Program-made: the position numbers and the translations under genes | Source of the DNA: Marsupella aquatica | Lineage: Eukaryota > Plantae > Marchantiophyta | Length of the DNA: 64,000 bases | Reading direction: 5' to 3' | Assembly (NCBI GenBank): GCA_973895155.1 | Contig: OZ316897.1 | Span: 22,295,455-22,359,454, forward strand | The notes under the pieces: model-generated | What the model was told of the DNA's origin: nothing | Databases searched by the model: none | What the model saw: only the letters and a program-made list of their open reading frames with translations | Shown here: positions 1 to 13,149 of the stretch, in pieces | Position numbering within the stretch: position 1 is the stretch's first letter | Layout of the letters: each line of letters begins with the position of its first letter

Positions 1-407
1 TTAGGTGTAACATTAGCCAGGCCCATATCAAATATATTCACTTATGTCACCAATGGGAGTGTATTGTTGATAATGAATGAGTGTGGCTGGATTTTAGGTT
101 TACACCAAGAAGTCAAGGTGTCTCAATCTTGACTTGGAACTATCATGACTTGATATGCAAATGTGTAAACTTCTTAATCTATCTCTTCCTGTAATAGCAA
201 ATTGGATTGATGTTTCTATGATAGATTATTCTTAGAAAGATTGTTGCAAATACCGACAATAGATAAATTATCTTTATCCATGTAAGAGAGCATACCAAAT
301 CCCATTCTTTTCCTGTGGGTAAGAACTACAAGGTAAACATAATTCATTTAGTTTGTTGGAAAAACCATAACAAATACAAAGTAAATAATATATATTGATG
401 TCATATG

Positions 408-760
408 TGTTAAGCATAGATGACAATCGCAACGGCAAGCCCATGAACTATCCAATGCACAAGTGTTGACACAGAGAGATATGTGGTTCACCTCCACTAG
501 AGGCTACGTCCACGGGAACACACAAGAGCTTTACTGCACTCTAGGCTGATCGGCCATACCAAGCATCCACAACACAAGTTCTCCCTATCTCTCAACTCAC
601 TGGCTTTGTAACAATGAGCCTGAGTTCCTACTCTCCAAGCAAACACCGTTTAGGTATAGTGTATGTACAGCATAACTAACCTAACCTAGTCTGTGATTAA
701 GGTTAGCCCTAATTGTAGTACAGTCGTAACTCTAGACCTAAGAGTAAATTAATCCTAACA
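408..760. mobile_element. Solo LTR, probably Copia-type
   Basis: Begins TGTTAAG (408) and ends CCTAACA (760): TG...CA ends with short inverted termini. Exact 5-bp TSD ATATG at 403-407 and 761-765. Internal GTGGTTC...GCTACGTCCACGG resembles a motif I recall from plant Copia LTRs. No internal coding region. Confidence 0.7.
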
Positions 761-1977
761 ATATGTGCATGATACTTGCAATAACAAGTTCAAAATTGGT
801 TAACCTTTTAACATATCTATCTAAAGCTCTGACTACCTCTACCTTAATTGTGTGGAGCTTAAGTACATGGGTGTCATCAATGTCAAATCCTAAAGCATCT
901 CTCCACGTCTCATCCGAACTAAATCACACTTCTTTGCCTAATACATGAGGGAGTGCATAATAATTTGATGTTGCTACATGAAGCTGCACCATTCTCAATA
1001 ACAATTGTTTTGTTTTATTTACTTTTGTAAATCATGAGCTCATTAGCAGGGACCAAAGCCCGTCACTAAGGTTCATGAGGGTGGACCAAAAAATTCCTTC
1101 TCTAAATCATTTGAGTTGTGCTTCAAGTTGTCAAGACTACCAACTCAGAACCCTGAGGTCTAGGGCTCAAATTGCAACTTCAGTGTGCAAGTAAATTAAT
1201 AACCTTTTGAGGGTAGAAAATTGTCAGGGAGCCTAGGTTCCTGCTGACTATTTAAACTCAGAGGCAGCTTTTGTATTAATTGGGCTCAACTTCACTCTAT
1301 TGTTCCGGGGTGGCCAAAATCATGCAACCATGTATTAGTTGTTGCAGTCATGGGCAGTTTTGGGTACAGCACCTCAAGAACGTAATCCATGAAGGCATCC
1401 CCTTTGGCATACTTATTTGCTAATTGTTTACATGGTCATGAAGAGAATTATTAGAGTGCTTGCTTAGTGCTCTCAGAGTACTAAAGAGATAAAGTGCCTG
1501 GGGTAAAAACTTTTGATTTTTCCAGGGGTGAGGTCACCCCAATGTCACTTTCATATTACCTAATTTGGCCCAAAAGCATAGTGGACCACAAATACGTTGC
1601 TAGAGTGTGACTCAAGTGACATGACATGCATAGTGATGCAAGTAAGCAATCAGTCCTTGGAGACAGAAGTATTCTTCTTCCATGATGCACCACTCTTGTC
1701 AACTCAATTCCAGGTAACTCTTGGTTTTTCAGCAATAATTGGAAAATGACATTGGGCATGTCGCAAACAAGGTTTTGATCCTTAGAGTGATCATTTTCTG
1801 AAAACAACTAGTAGGCGTGTAATTTAGTTCAGCCTTTGTGACTGACCCCCTTGGTCTTGGGCCTGGTCTGGTTTTTTTGTAAATGGGTCAGCTTCCTCTG
1901 TTTAGTGCCCTTTTCTTAACTCATTTGTTATAATTTTTGAAGCTGCTATAATGGTGAATGCACATTTCAGATTTTGT

Positions 1978-2417
1978 CTTATTCAGATTTTTTTAGTTTT
2001 AGGTATTCTAGAGTGTTTGTCTTATTCAGATTTTTTAGTTTTAGGTATTCTAGAGTGTTTTGAACTTATTTTGGCAGCCCCCTTTCACAGTATGTGTTGT
2101 CTTAGAGATGAAACCAAAGGCTCCACCACCAAGAGTGAGAGAAATGATGCTTGTGTGTTTTCTTAGAGATGAAACCAAAGGCTCCACCACCACGAGTGAG
2201 AGAAATGATGTTGAAGAACATGAATGCATAGCCTCTTAAGTTCTCCTCATGTTTTTCTTTCCTAGGTTTATGGTTTTTATTGAAAGGAGTGTCATTCATA
2301 AGGCACCTTGAGTTAAGTGCACATATCCTAACATTGTTTGAGTGTACCTTTTCTTGGTAACATTGTTTGAGTGTACCTTTTCTTGGTAACATTGTTTGAG
2401 TGTACTTTTTCTTGGTC
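1978..2417. repeat. Cluster of short tandem duplications
   Basis: 2x ~42 bp (CTTATTCAGATTTTTTAGTTTTAGGTATTCTAGAGTGTTT), 2x ~61 bp (CTTAGAGATGAAACCAAAGGCTCCACCACC...), 3x 29 bp (TAACATTGTTTGAGTGTACCTTTTCTTGG). Confidence 0.85.
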
Positions 2418-2974
2418 ACTGTGCTGTGCTTTGGCAGACACTTTACTTATATAATAGCACTTCTATGCTTTCATATTTTATTTACTTTCAGATCACTACA
2501 AGACAAAAAATAAAGCATGTTCCAGGATGAGCATGCTATAATGCTATATTCAACAAGCCATAAATTGGCTATTGAATGGATTTGACCAGTTCTGAAACCT
2601 AATGGAGTGGGTATTGTATACATTTTAAAATCACAAATTACTAAAGAAAAGTGCATCACTTCGCCTTAATTAAGTATTAAATAGATCTTTGATGTTCATG
2701 AAGAATAGTCCTGAAGGTGCACGAGGGGCTTCGTCCTTAGTCCTTCCTTTGCTCTACAAAAGGGGCCCTGCCACGTACTAAGACCCATACTCATTTGCAT
2801 GGGTGACCAGCAGACTTGTCCTGTTCACTTAATTGAACTAAGACCCCTCATAGGACCACTATATTTTGAGCCATAGACTGCCCACAGTGGTAAGTTAATG
2901 AGATGAGATTGATTTAGGAATTGGGAGGAGTCTAATGTAGCTATAGTAGTTTTCATGAAGAATTGAAATAGATA

Positions 2975-3212
2975 TAAATTTGTAACAACTTTTAACTGCA
3001 CTTTGTCACTAAAGATATTTTAATTCACAATATTGCCACTATTTTTTCTATATTTATAAAAATGTCACGATTTAGTATATGAATGACAAGTTTACCAAGG
3101 TAACCAGAGAAACATATACCCGTGATATTTTTTGTAAATACAAAAAAATCAGTGGCATTATTGTAAATTCAAACATTTTTAGTGACAATATCCATAAAAT
3201 TGTAAATATTAG
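2975..3212. mobile_element. Foldback MITE-like element (second copy at the window end)
   Basis: Long imperfect inverted arms TTGTCACTAAAGAT...ATTGCCACT (~3003-3040) and AGTGGCATT...TTTAGTGACAA (~3150-3188). Core ATGACAAGTTTACCAAGGTAACCAG recurs at ~63945-63968. Confidence 0.6.
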
Positions 3213-4041
3213 TCACTCACTTCACTCTCCACACTTTGTACTTTCAGAAGTTAGTTTTTTAGCATATATTAACTACGACAAAAAAGATATCATAAGGTAT
3301 ATAGTCGTTCAAGAGAAGAGGAGGTAACAGACAGAAGCGATGTCTAGCTGCATGTATAGACATCATTCATTCCTTTAGTCGAATTCCAAACTCCGAACTT
3401 GGATCCGCAGACATCGCACTGCCAATTATGGAAAGATACATACATCCATACCTATTTGGCGAGCAAGCTCCCGCTGCACACGGATTCATACTTTTAATGT
3501 ATGTGTTCATTTCCATAGTTACATCTGACATATTTAAGACAAATGTTTAAATGACAGTGTCGATGAGGTGTGGACCTTTGAACATATAGAAACTAATGCA
3601 AAGAACAAAAGGTGCCACAGAGGGCGACAGGATCCCGAAGGCAACAACCCCAAGAAACCCAATGATGGATGGAAACAATTAAGGCGAACAATACAGGAAA
3701 GCAGAAGAGCCAAAAAGCCCAAGAATCCGAAGCAACTGGCCAAAGAAGAAATACAAGATTGAACTCTAGTGAGCAAAAAACCGAAAAGCCTAGTAAGCTC
3801 CTCCAACCAGGCAGAATTATTCTAGCGTAGATCGAAGAAATGCCGTTCGTCTCAGGTCTCCGGCAGCAGCCTTACATGTATAATTGCTAAGTACTGCCCG
3901 GATTGAGGAATTCCTGGATCCCTGCTGAGTCTAGCTAAGCTGGCATTTTCACAACAAACTCAGGCTTGAAACCAAATGCCTGTACGAGAATGCAGTGCCC
4001 CCAAGTTCAAATGAAGTGCATCTACAGAAAGCTTCACTACA

Positions 4042-4290
4042 GACTATCGGAATCTGCGAATCCGTCTCTCAGCCAATGCTCAAGACAGTAGCTCATTCGT
4101 CAATTGTGTAATATTAACCAGATTCAATCCACTACCAGGTTACGTGACGTTGTTCCTCATCGCAAGACTATCGGAATCTGCGAATCCGATTCTCAGCCAA
4201 TGCTCAAGACAGTAGCTCATTCGTCAATTGTGTAACATTAACCAGATTCAATCCACTACCAGGTTAACGTGACGTTGTTCCTCATCGCAA
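4042..4290. repeat. Tandem duplication (124 + 125 bp) of the GLP-A stop codon region and proximal 3'UTR
   Basis: 4042-4165 nearly identical to 4166-4290; the 4042-4165 copy has a 1-nt deletion (GGTTACGTG vs GGTTAACGTG). Not duplicated in GLP-B. Confidence 0.9.
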
Positions 4291-5088
4291 CGGACTGCTT
4301 GACCTTGTCTATTTCCTGGTTGTTGCCATTGACACCGAAGGCCGTGCTGAGAACATTGTCGGGGAGACCTTTGCCACCGGCGGTGAAGAGAGCTTTGGCA
4401 ATCAGGAGCGTTCCGGGGTTCTCACTGGAGAGCGCAGAGAAGCCTGAAGCCGGTGTCTTACCATTATTGCGCTGCCAGTGCAAAGTACCCTTGGGAAACA
4501 CAAAGATGTCGCCCTCCTGCACGGTTGTCTCGAATAGCTCGTTTGCAGTATCGACAAATCCCACGTCAAGTGCCCCTGGAACAAAAATAAACCACAAGAA
4601 TCACCAATTCAGTCCTCAGTATAATGATCACGGGGGAACCAGGATTCTCAATGCTTGGACGTACCGAAGCATATTTTCTCTAGCACGATGGCACGAGCAG
4701 CTCGTAACGTCATGTAACGATCCTAATGAAACACAGCTTAGATCCATTACTTGCAGTGTCATAACGATTTTTTCGGAACTGTACCTGAAAGAACGTAGAA
4801 CACTTCGGTTGCGCGAGGATGAGTATGGGGATCAATCTGCGACTCTGCGCCGAACTCGAACAGCACAGCTGCAAGGCCCAGCCCGCTGAGTCCTCTGATG
4901 GCGGCTCCGGTGGGCGCCGCTATTCCCTTGCCTAGCGTCTGAGGGTTGCGGAATCCCTTGAAAGTAAAGTCGTCCACGGTCGGGTTGGTGACATTGAAAT
5001 CGGTGGTGAGGTCGGGGTCACTCGCAAGAACTGTGTGCACCATCAGTGTGGACACCAGCAGTCCCAAAATGAACACAAATCTCGCCAT
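4256..5088 (-). CDS. GLP: Germin-like protein (cupin), copy A, 207 aa, 2 exons
   Basis: Exons 5088-4785 and 4575-4256; GT-AG intron 4576-4784, phase 1. Signal peptide MARFVFILGLLVSTLMVHTVLA. Germin box 1 PHTHPRATE and box 2 FPKGTLHWQRNNG supply the H, H, E, H metal ligands. Confidence 0.95.
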
Positions 5089-5307
5089 GGTGTATCGGTA
5101 GATTGGATGCCCACCTGTTGTTCTAATTCCGTTCGCTCCAATGTGATCAGGATTCAATTAACTGCACGTCGTGGACAGTTTCGGCAGGCTAGTAAAGAAG
5201 CACTCAGACTGTACGCAAGTCCGAATGCGTTCAGTGAGGTGTTAACAGGGTAGATTTGGCAAGTCTAATAGCTGGTTCCGGTTGAATCATTTGAACAAGG
5301 ACAACGG

Positions 5308-5400
5308 TATTTATAGGAATTGATCGAGGAAATTAGCTGAGGGAATTGGCTGAGTGCAGTTCCTTGTAGAGAAAGGCAAGCCTGTTTGACAAAGTCAACA
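5308..5400 (-). promoter_or_regulatory. GLP-A core promoter: TATA box plus paired W-box-like motif
   Basis: CTATAAATA on the minus strand (5308-5316) ~220 nt upstream of the ATG; TTGACAAAGTCAA at ~5386-5398. Both motifs are conserved in the paralog. Confidence 0.55.
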
Positions 5401-8132
5401 ATTGGAAACAACGGTTAGAAGGAAGGCCCGACGGCTCTCAACCCTCCTCCCGCCCGGCCGACACGCCCGGTCTTGTCTGTGCTGGGTCATGACTTCGTGA
5501 ATTGACGAGCATGAGGAAGTCGGTCAGGATAGCTGATCGACCACTTCGGACTTTGTACAACTAACGGCATTACACATCACATTGTACACCTGGCTGGAAC
5601 GATATTCCTCAAGAAAGGGTCCGTGCCTCCGTGGCTTCTGAAGCGAGGACAAAAAATAATTGAAGTGGCTAGCAGATCAAATTTACAAGTAAAAAGTGCA
5701 TAAACGGACCCTATTTGTGATACAAAACTGGACGCCGTATATGCATCGTATATCATTACATATATGAAACGTGGGAGTGTTCATTGTGCTGTGCATCTAT
5801 ATATGCTGCAGTGAGGTGAGATGTATTTGATAAAATGGCCTGAGAATAAATAAAGCAGTAGAATAGTTCATGCTTGTTAGACCCGAACGTGGTGCCAAGT
5901 GGTGTTGCTGGGACGTTCACAAGGATCAGTCTACCTAGACCTTCTGTACCAAAAGCCTTTGGGGAAGATCAGTCTTAGTGTGATTTGTCCAACTCGTTTT
6001 TGTGAATGAGAATTGGGATAGAGACAGGTGGTGAGAAAGACCACCGCTTGCCAACAGTTGATAACTCCGAGATAACTCAAAGTCAGTCACTCATTGACGA
6101 AGTTTAGTTACGTGTATTAGTCCGATTTCACAATAGAGGCCAGGTCTCTCCGGAAGTGGCTATTTCCGATCAATCAGGGATGAACGTACGCTTATCGCGT
6201 GAGGCTGGATTGCATAAGTTTAGTCTTTGATCCATGGTTAATGAACAATTGAAGGCGAGTCAAGCTGACTATTTCTTCTTGCCATGTCGAATTGCCGCCA
6301 ACGAACCGGGAGAAAACATCCAATCTCCTACTTCGTTTGAACAAAACGCTATATTGGAACAACCCCACAGCAGCAATCTTGACTAGGATGTTCTAGGCGA
6401 TGAGTAAGCATACGAACTGACCAACAAATACGAATAATCAGCATACCAGCTGAAACTTTTACTATCAAGCTGTACCTTGGAAGCTTCAGTGCAATGAAAT
6501 TATACTTTCTGTCCAGTCTGATCATTATATGGGCTTTCAACGTTGGACGTTACAACTTCCATGTAGTGAGTAAACCGGAAAACCCGAGACACCTCTTGAA
6601 CTCCCCACCTTCATAGAACACTCTAGGTTTCTGGATGTAGATAAGTTTCGGTCCCTTTGACTTCGTGTGGCAGAAAGTTAATTGCCAATCACATAGCCAT
6701 GCAATGAAGGAATGACAGAGAAGTTCAGAATCACTGAATGATATAGTCAGTAGGATGACTAAATTTGGCAATGTTAGGCTTCTTAGCTAGCATTTCAAGC
6801 TTGATTGATAGATAATCGAAATTGGTTTCTTACAAACCACATTGCGAGAACTTCAAGGCATTAACAACAGAAAAATTCTGAATTTTCTGATGTCTTAAAT
6901 ATTGGAGGAAATCTGGCAATGTTAAGTTAATTTGAAAATTAGTTCCATAGGCTTATAATCATTCCGAGCACGAAAGGTGTCTTCAGAGATGCGAGAGAAA
7001 TAGAAAATTGTTCTTTGCACTGCAATACTTTCAAAGAAGGAAATTCATAAGTTCTTGAGCTCAAACTGTAGTACTTGGTTCTTTGTTAGGTTAATACTGA
7101 CAAGGCATGTGGCTTTAATAATCTACACTTGGCCCCTTACTCTTCTTTTTTTGCAACCCATGAATTTGGCTCTTGAATGGAGTTGACCAGTGAGTCCAAA
7201 ACCCTGATGGAGTGGATTTTGTATACATCTCAACTTTGCAATGAAAACTGTGCATCACTTGGGCCGCTGTGCTAGTAGTTAATAATCACTTGTGTAAAGT
7301 GGGCGTGAATCACGAAAGTTTTTCAAAATTAAACGAGGTAACAGAAAAATTAATGGAGAAGTTAAGCCCATCCGGATAGACTGATCCTCAGAATCATGCA
7401 AGACAATCCACAGTATCACTTTCACTAAGTCTGTTGTATTCGATTTTACTCACAAGCATGAAAGGAAGGCTCCACAAACTAATTTCCACATCTCATACAT
7501 ATTCAGGCCAAATGTTTAAATTTTCCTAATTAATATATATATAAAACACTCGAAAGAACAAAGGTCGCTAAAATCCGGAGATAGTATAAATTTGGATGTT
7601 TGCAGAGGCAAGAAGTTACACAATAGTAAAGGGGAGAGAACAAAGTAAACTTATCACATAAAACCAACTAACTAAAAGCTCCATGACCCAAAAGGCCCTA
7701 AACAAACAAGAACTACAGTCGAGCCCTAAAAAGCTCCAAATTAACAAAAAACAATGTCGACTAGCTGCGGACCTCAGAGTGCTACCTACAACCAGGCAGA
7801 CTTATTCTATGAATTGGAAGCATTATAGATGCCTCCATATCAAATAATGAAGAAATACCGTTAGTCTCAGCAGCAGCCTTACATTCTTAAGTGCGAAGTA
7901 CTGCCTGGATCCTTGGTGAGTCTAGCTAAGATGGCATTTTCACAACAAATTTAGGCTTGATACCCAATGCCTGTACGGGAATGTACGGGAATGTAGTGCC
8001 CCCAAGTTTGAACAAAGTGTATCTACACCAAGCTTCACTACAACTATGCGAATCTGCGAATCCGTCTTTAGACCAATGCTCCAAGACAGAAGCCAATTCG
8101 TTAATGGTGTAACATCGACCAGATTGCACTGT

Positions 8133-9137
8133 CTACCAGGTTAAGGTGACATTGTTCTTCATCGCAACGGACTGCTTGACCTTGTCTATTTCCTGGTTGT
8201 TGCCATTGATGCCGAAGGCCGTGCTGAGAACATTGTCGGGGAGACCTTTGCCACCGGCGGTGAAGAGAGCTTTGGCAATCAGGAGCGTTCCGGGGTTCTC
8301 ACTGGAGAGCGCAGAGAATCCTAAAGCCGGTCCCTTACCATTATTGCGCTGCCAGTGCAAAGTACCCTTGGGAAACACAAAGATGTCGCCCGCCTGCACA
8401 GTTGTCTCGAAAAGCTCGTTTGCGGTATCGACAAATCCCACGTCAAGTGCCCCTGAAACATAATTAAACCACAACAATCACCAATTCAGTCTTCATGATA
8501 ATTAATCATCACGGGGAAAACCAGGATTTTCAACATGTTTGAACGTACCGAAGCATAGTTCTTTTCTAGCACGGGGGCACCAGCAGCTCGTCACATCATG
8601 TAACGATTCTAGTGAAACATAGCTGCAGGAAATTAAACGCTAAGTGCGACTACTGACGAGCCTGCGGTCCTTCAGCACGTACGACATTGCAGGATTTTGA
8701 TTACATCAAATGAATCAAGTAACTTGATATGGTTTTTCGTTTAAGGGAATCCCCATAGATCCGGATTATGTTGGCATGCGCACGATTTTAATCGATTACG
8801 TGCAGTGTCATAGCGAATTTTTCGGAACTGTACCTGAAAGAACGTAGAACACTTCGGTTGCGCGAGGATGAGTATGGGGATCAATCTGCGACTCTGCGCC
8901 GAACTCGAACAGCACAGCTGCAAGGCCCAGCCCGCTGAGTCCTCTGATGGCGGCTCCAGTGGGCGCCGCTATTCCCTTGCCTAACGTCTGAGGGTTGCGG
9001 AATCCCTTGAAAGTAAAGTCGTTCACGGTCGGGTTGGTGACATTGAAATCGGTGGTGAGGTCGGGATCACTCGCAAGAGCTGTGTGCACCATCAGTGTGG
9101 ACACCAGCAGTCCCAGAATGAACAAGAATTTCGCCAT
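8133..9137 (-). CDS. GLP: Germin-like protein (cupin), copy B, 207 aa, 2 exons
   Basis: Exons 9137-8834 and 8452-8133; intron 8453-8833 at the same position as in copy A. Germin boxes intact. About 9 aa differences from copy A by manual comparison. Confidence 0.95.
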
Positions 9138-9357
9138 GGTGTATCGGTTGATTCGATACCCACCTGTTGTTCTAATTCCGTTCTCTCCGATGTGATGAAA
9201 ATTCAATTAATTACACGTGGTCGACAGTTTCGGCAGGCTAGCGAAGAAGCACTCAGGCATGCAAACAAGTCCGAATGCTTTCAGTGAGGTGCTAAAAGGA
9301 TAGATTTCGCAAGTCGAAGATCCGGTTCCGTTTGAATCGTTTGAACAAGGACAACGG

Positions 9358-9441
9358 TATTTATAGGAATTGAATGAGTGTAATTGGCTGAGGAGAGCAG
9401 TTCCTTGTAGAGAAAGGCAAGTCTGTTTGACAAAGTCAACA
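9358..9441 (-). promoter_or_regulatory. GLP-B core promoter: TATA box plus paired W-box-like motif
   Basis: CTATAAATA on the minus strand (9358-9366); TTGACAAAGTCAA at ~9427-9439. Confidence 0.55.
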
Positions 9442-12400
9442 AGTGAGGACAACGGCGAGATACTTAGACGAAGGCTCCACGGCTTCAACCTTCCTCCCGC
9501 CTCAGCCGACAGGCCCGGTCTTGTCTGGGCTGGGTCATGACTTGGTGAACGGACGAGCAGGTTGGCTTGGTTGGAAGGTCGATCGCCCACTTCGAACTTT
9601 GTACAATTAAAGGCATTACACATTGTACCCTTGGCTGAAACGAGATTCCTCAACGTACAAGGGGTCCGTGCCTCCGTGCTTCTGAAGCGAGGACAAAATT
9701 ATTGAAGTGGCTAGCAGATCCAAGTGAAAAGTGCATAAACGGAGCCTCTTTGTGCGACAAATCTGCACGCTGTACATGCATGCAATAGTACGTAAATCAT
9801 TTTATATATATTTGAAACGTGGAGTGTTCATGCTGTTGTGTATCTATCTATGTTGAAGTGAAATGTACTACATAAAATGGCCCGAGAAGGAATAGAGTAG
9901 TAGAATAGTTCATGCTGGTTAGACCCGAGTTGGGACTATCAGACTTAGTTTGATTTGTTCAAGTCGTTTTCGTGAATCAGAAGGAGATAGAGACAAGTGT
10001 GGTACACGGAGAAAGACGCGCCTTCCAAGACTCAATTACTCGTGGTCCGTCACCCATTGACGAGGTTCAGTACCGTGTATCACAGTAATTTCAGCATCCA
10101 AACAGGTTGGCCAGGTCTCTCCTGGAAGTGGCCATTTCCGATGAACCAGATGTGCACGGTTACCTGTTGAGGCCGGATTCGAGAATCTTAGTCTTCGATC
10201 CATAGCGAAGTTATTGAAGGCGAGTCAAGCTGACTACTGTACACTTCTTGCCATGTCTAGCTAATTGCCGCCGCCAATGAACCGGAAGAAACCATCAAAT
10301 TTCCGCAAACGTTATAGGAAACGGGACAGTGGATGTTCTAGTCGATGAGGAATGCAGAACAACTGACAGTCACACAAATACGAGAAAGCTGATCGAGCAT
10401 TATACAAACAATTACAGTTATAGGCTGAAATATATTTTATGCAGTCGGGATATAAGTTTAAGCCCCGATATCTCGACCTCACCGTTGGGTTTTACAACTC
10501 ACATGGACTGAGCAAATTACCTGCAACCCACTTTACACCTCTTGAGCTGCCCACCTTCATATATAGAACCAGCTAGCTTTTTGCATGTAAGTAACACGTT
10601 CCCTGTTGTTTCGTGTGCGGCCAGCAGGAAATTCCATGGCAAACACATAGGAAAGCCAGACTATGAAGGGATGATCCAGAAGTTCAAAAATCCGTGAGAT
10701 CTTGTAGCCCAGAGTGTGGAGACTCTAGACAGGTATAGAGTTCAAATGCATGTGGCGACTAATTGTTCCTTTTTTATGTGAGGTTTCACAAATTTTCCCT
10801 TAAAATATATTTATATTTAATCACATGCATCTTGTCATATCTTGTCATTACTTGACTAAATAGTGTAAACTTAGGCTAGGTGGAGAGCTCTTTCCAAGTA
10901 CCATCGGCATCGGTACCTCTTGTTTAATCCAGTACAGGGGTGCAAACAAAATAATGAGTCTATTTTAGATGAATTTTAATGTCATGATTGTAAGTCATTT
11001 TTTCTAATATAGACAAAATATGACAACTGAAGGCATTTAAAAATTAAAGAGTGAGTAAAACACACATATCAAGGGGTTTAGTCTTAGTGGGGCCCCAGGG
11101 TGCTAAGCATTGATTTCCAAGCACTAAGGGTTTGATAAGGAGCTACTGTAGATCGATGACGGAGGAAGTTGGATTGTTTCTTGCCTCCATGAACATTGCA
11201 AGACCTTCAAGACACAAAAATGTGTAATCTCCTTAATATTTAAATCTGACCATGTCAGTCTCACTTGAAAGTTCTTTCCAAAACTCTTCCAATCAATCCA
11301 TGCAAGCAATCTAGTCTAGATGAGGAAGAAATTAAGATTTGCTTATTGCCAGTGACAAGGCAAATGTTCTAGGAACTAGTAAAAAAGTCAGAATTTTGTG
11401 ATCTATTTTACTTAGCACTTGACAAATACAACAATGTTAGGTTAGTTGGTATTAAGCTCTTTCTAAAACCTTTTTAAAATTCTAAGCAAAAACGGATTCA
11501 TCCAAGATTTAAGAGAGAAAATCCAAACAAGTTTTCAACTAGATAGGACTTTCAAGAACAGAGAATTTCAGAAATTAGTTATCTCTTCAATACTTGACAA
11601 ATTTGACAATGTTAGGGTCATTATAAAGCTCTAACTTCTGAAAGCACTTTGAAGCATTTTAAGCACAAGAGATTTGATCTAAAGATAAGGTTAAGGAGAA
11701 ATTAAAAAATAATACTTAGTTTCTTACCCATGACAGCCAGACTTTGAGGGTACATTGGGACTATGAGTTTATAGTAAGTGACAAATGTGGAGACAATTGA
11801 AGACTAGCTCAGATCACCATGACTGGCTGTGGAGGAACTGGAAACCAAGTGTAACAGGTCTCCTAGCGGGTCTTTTTTTTTCTTTCTTTTTTCTTTTTTT
11901 TAGGACCCCCTCCTAGTCATTTATAGGTCACTTTTGTGACAGTTCTAAAAAAAATTAAAATAAAAACATCTTCAAACATGATTTCTAATCTACATAACAT
12001 CTTTTCTTTGTCAAAATATTCACATTTTTTGGTGCTAGAAAATACTTAGTCGTTCTGTCAGACTCCTTAGGTCACACGTAATAGTCCTATTTGGTAGCAT
12101 TGTACATTTCTCACTGGACAAGCAAAAGATCCATATTTTTTGATAGAGTGAATCACAATTTAGACGTTAAGCTGTACTTTTGGGTAAATTGGAAGATTCC
12201 ACTGCAAGGGCATTAATAGCACTCTTGATGGTTCCCATTGTGTGACAAACAAGAAGTCGCTTTTGGTTTGTTGGTAAGGTTATAATTGTACTTATCAATA
12301 AAGAGTGGATGATGATGTTGTGGTGGACGAGCATGCCATTGTAACCTTCACCCAGTGCTCAGTCAAGTCTTGGGACTCAATATTGGTTGTTCAAGGGTCA

Positions 12401-13149
12401 TCACTTAAACTAGAAGGTACGTATAATATTAGAATTTGTCAATCATGGAGCCCTATTATCAGTTGGACTATCAGTCTGGCTTTCCCCTAAAGGAAATCAA
12501 TATATCTCCACTATCAGGTTCAAGATATACCCATCCACACTCCATAATTGATTCCTCCAAACTAGTTAGAAACTCCTATCATTTAGCTGACTTATATAAA
12601 CTAGACTTCGCTATGTGTGTGGTAATGTTATGGTAGGGCTTTAGGTTGAGTTTTGAGGGATTACTATTGCCCTGAATGTCCTTATGATAAGGCATTCTTA
12701 AACTTAAAGATTTAAGAGATTTTTAATTTTTACTATTTTCAGTAAAAGTAGATGAGAGGCTTAGAGTTTAGAATCCAAATCTGGAATGTGCATTAATCTC
12801 CATGAAAAACACTGGAAATTACAAAGTATAAATTCAAGAAGGGCATTAAGTATGAATGCTTACACTTTAATTTGTGTGAAAAGTACTTGGTCCATTCGGG
12901 GGTCCATTTGAGTCCTCAGTCAGGTCAAATAATTATTTGTGATCCATCTAAGCATTAACTTCTTAGGGGCTCCCTTAATTATGAAAATTTCCAAATCCAG
13001 GTGCAATATGGAAAGTGTTGGGTTGGGTTGTGTGGTGTGTTTTTTGCCTGGGTGACGTTTGCCCCTTTGTGTGATATGGATGGGTCTCTACGCCCCCCTT
13101 TTCCAAACAAAAACTATATGTCCTTTGACTATAGTACATGGGCTGGACT

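Larger units (their letters stand above)
3805..10690. repeat. Tandem segmental duplication carrying the GLP gene (~3805-6730 vs ~7790-10690)
   Basis: Colinear homology through the 3' flank, exons, intron ends and ~1.6 kb of upstream DNA (e.g. GAAGGCGAGTCAAGCTGACTA at ~6251 and ~10216). Weaker matches 2560-2665 vs 7160-7265 and ~6760-6990 vs ~11410-11680 may extend the unit. Confidence 0.9.

Noticed and set aside
4269-4889. 206-aa + strand ORF, and 8146-8463
   Set aside because: Antisense shadows of the germin exons.
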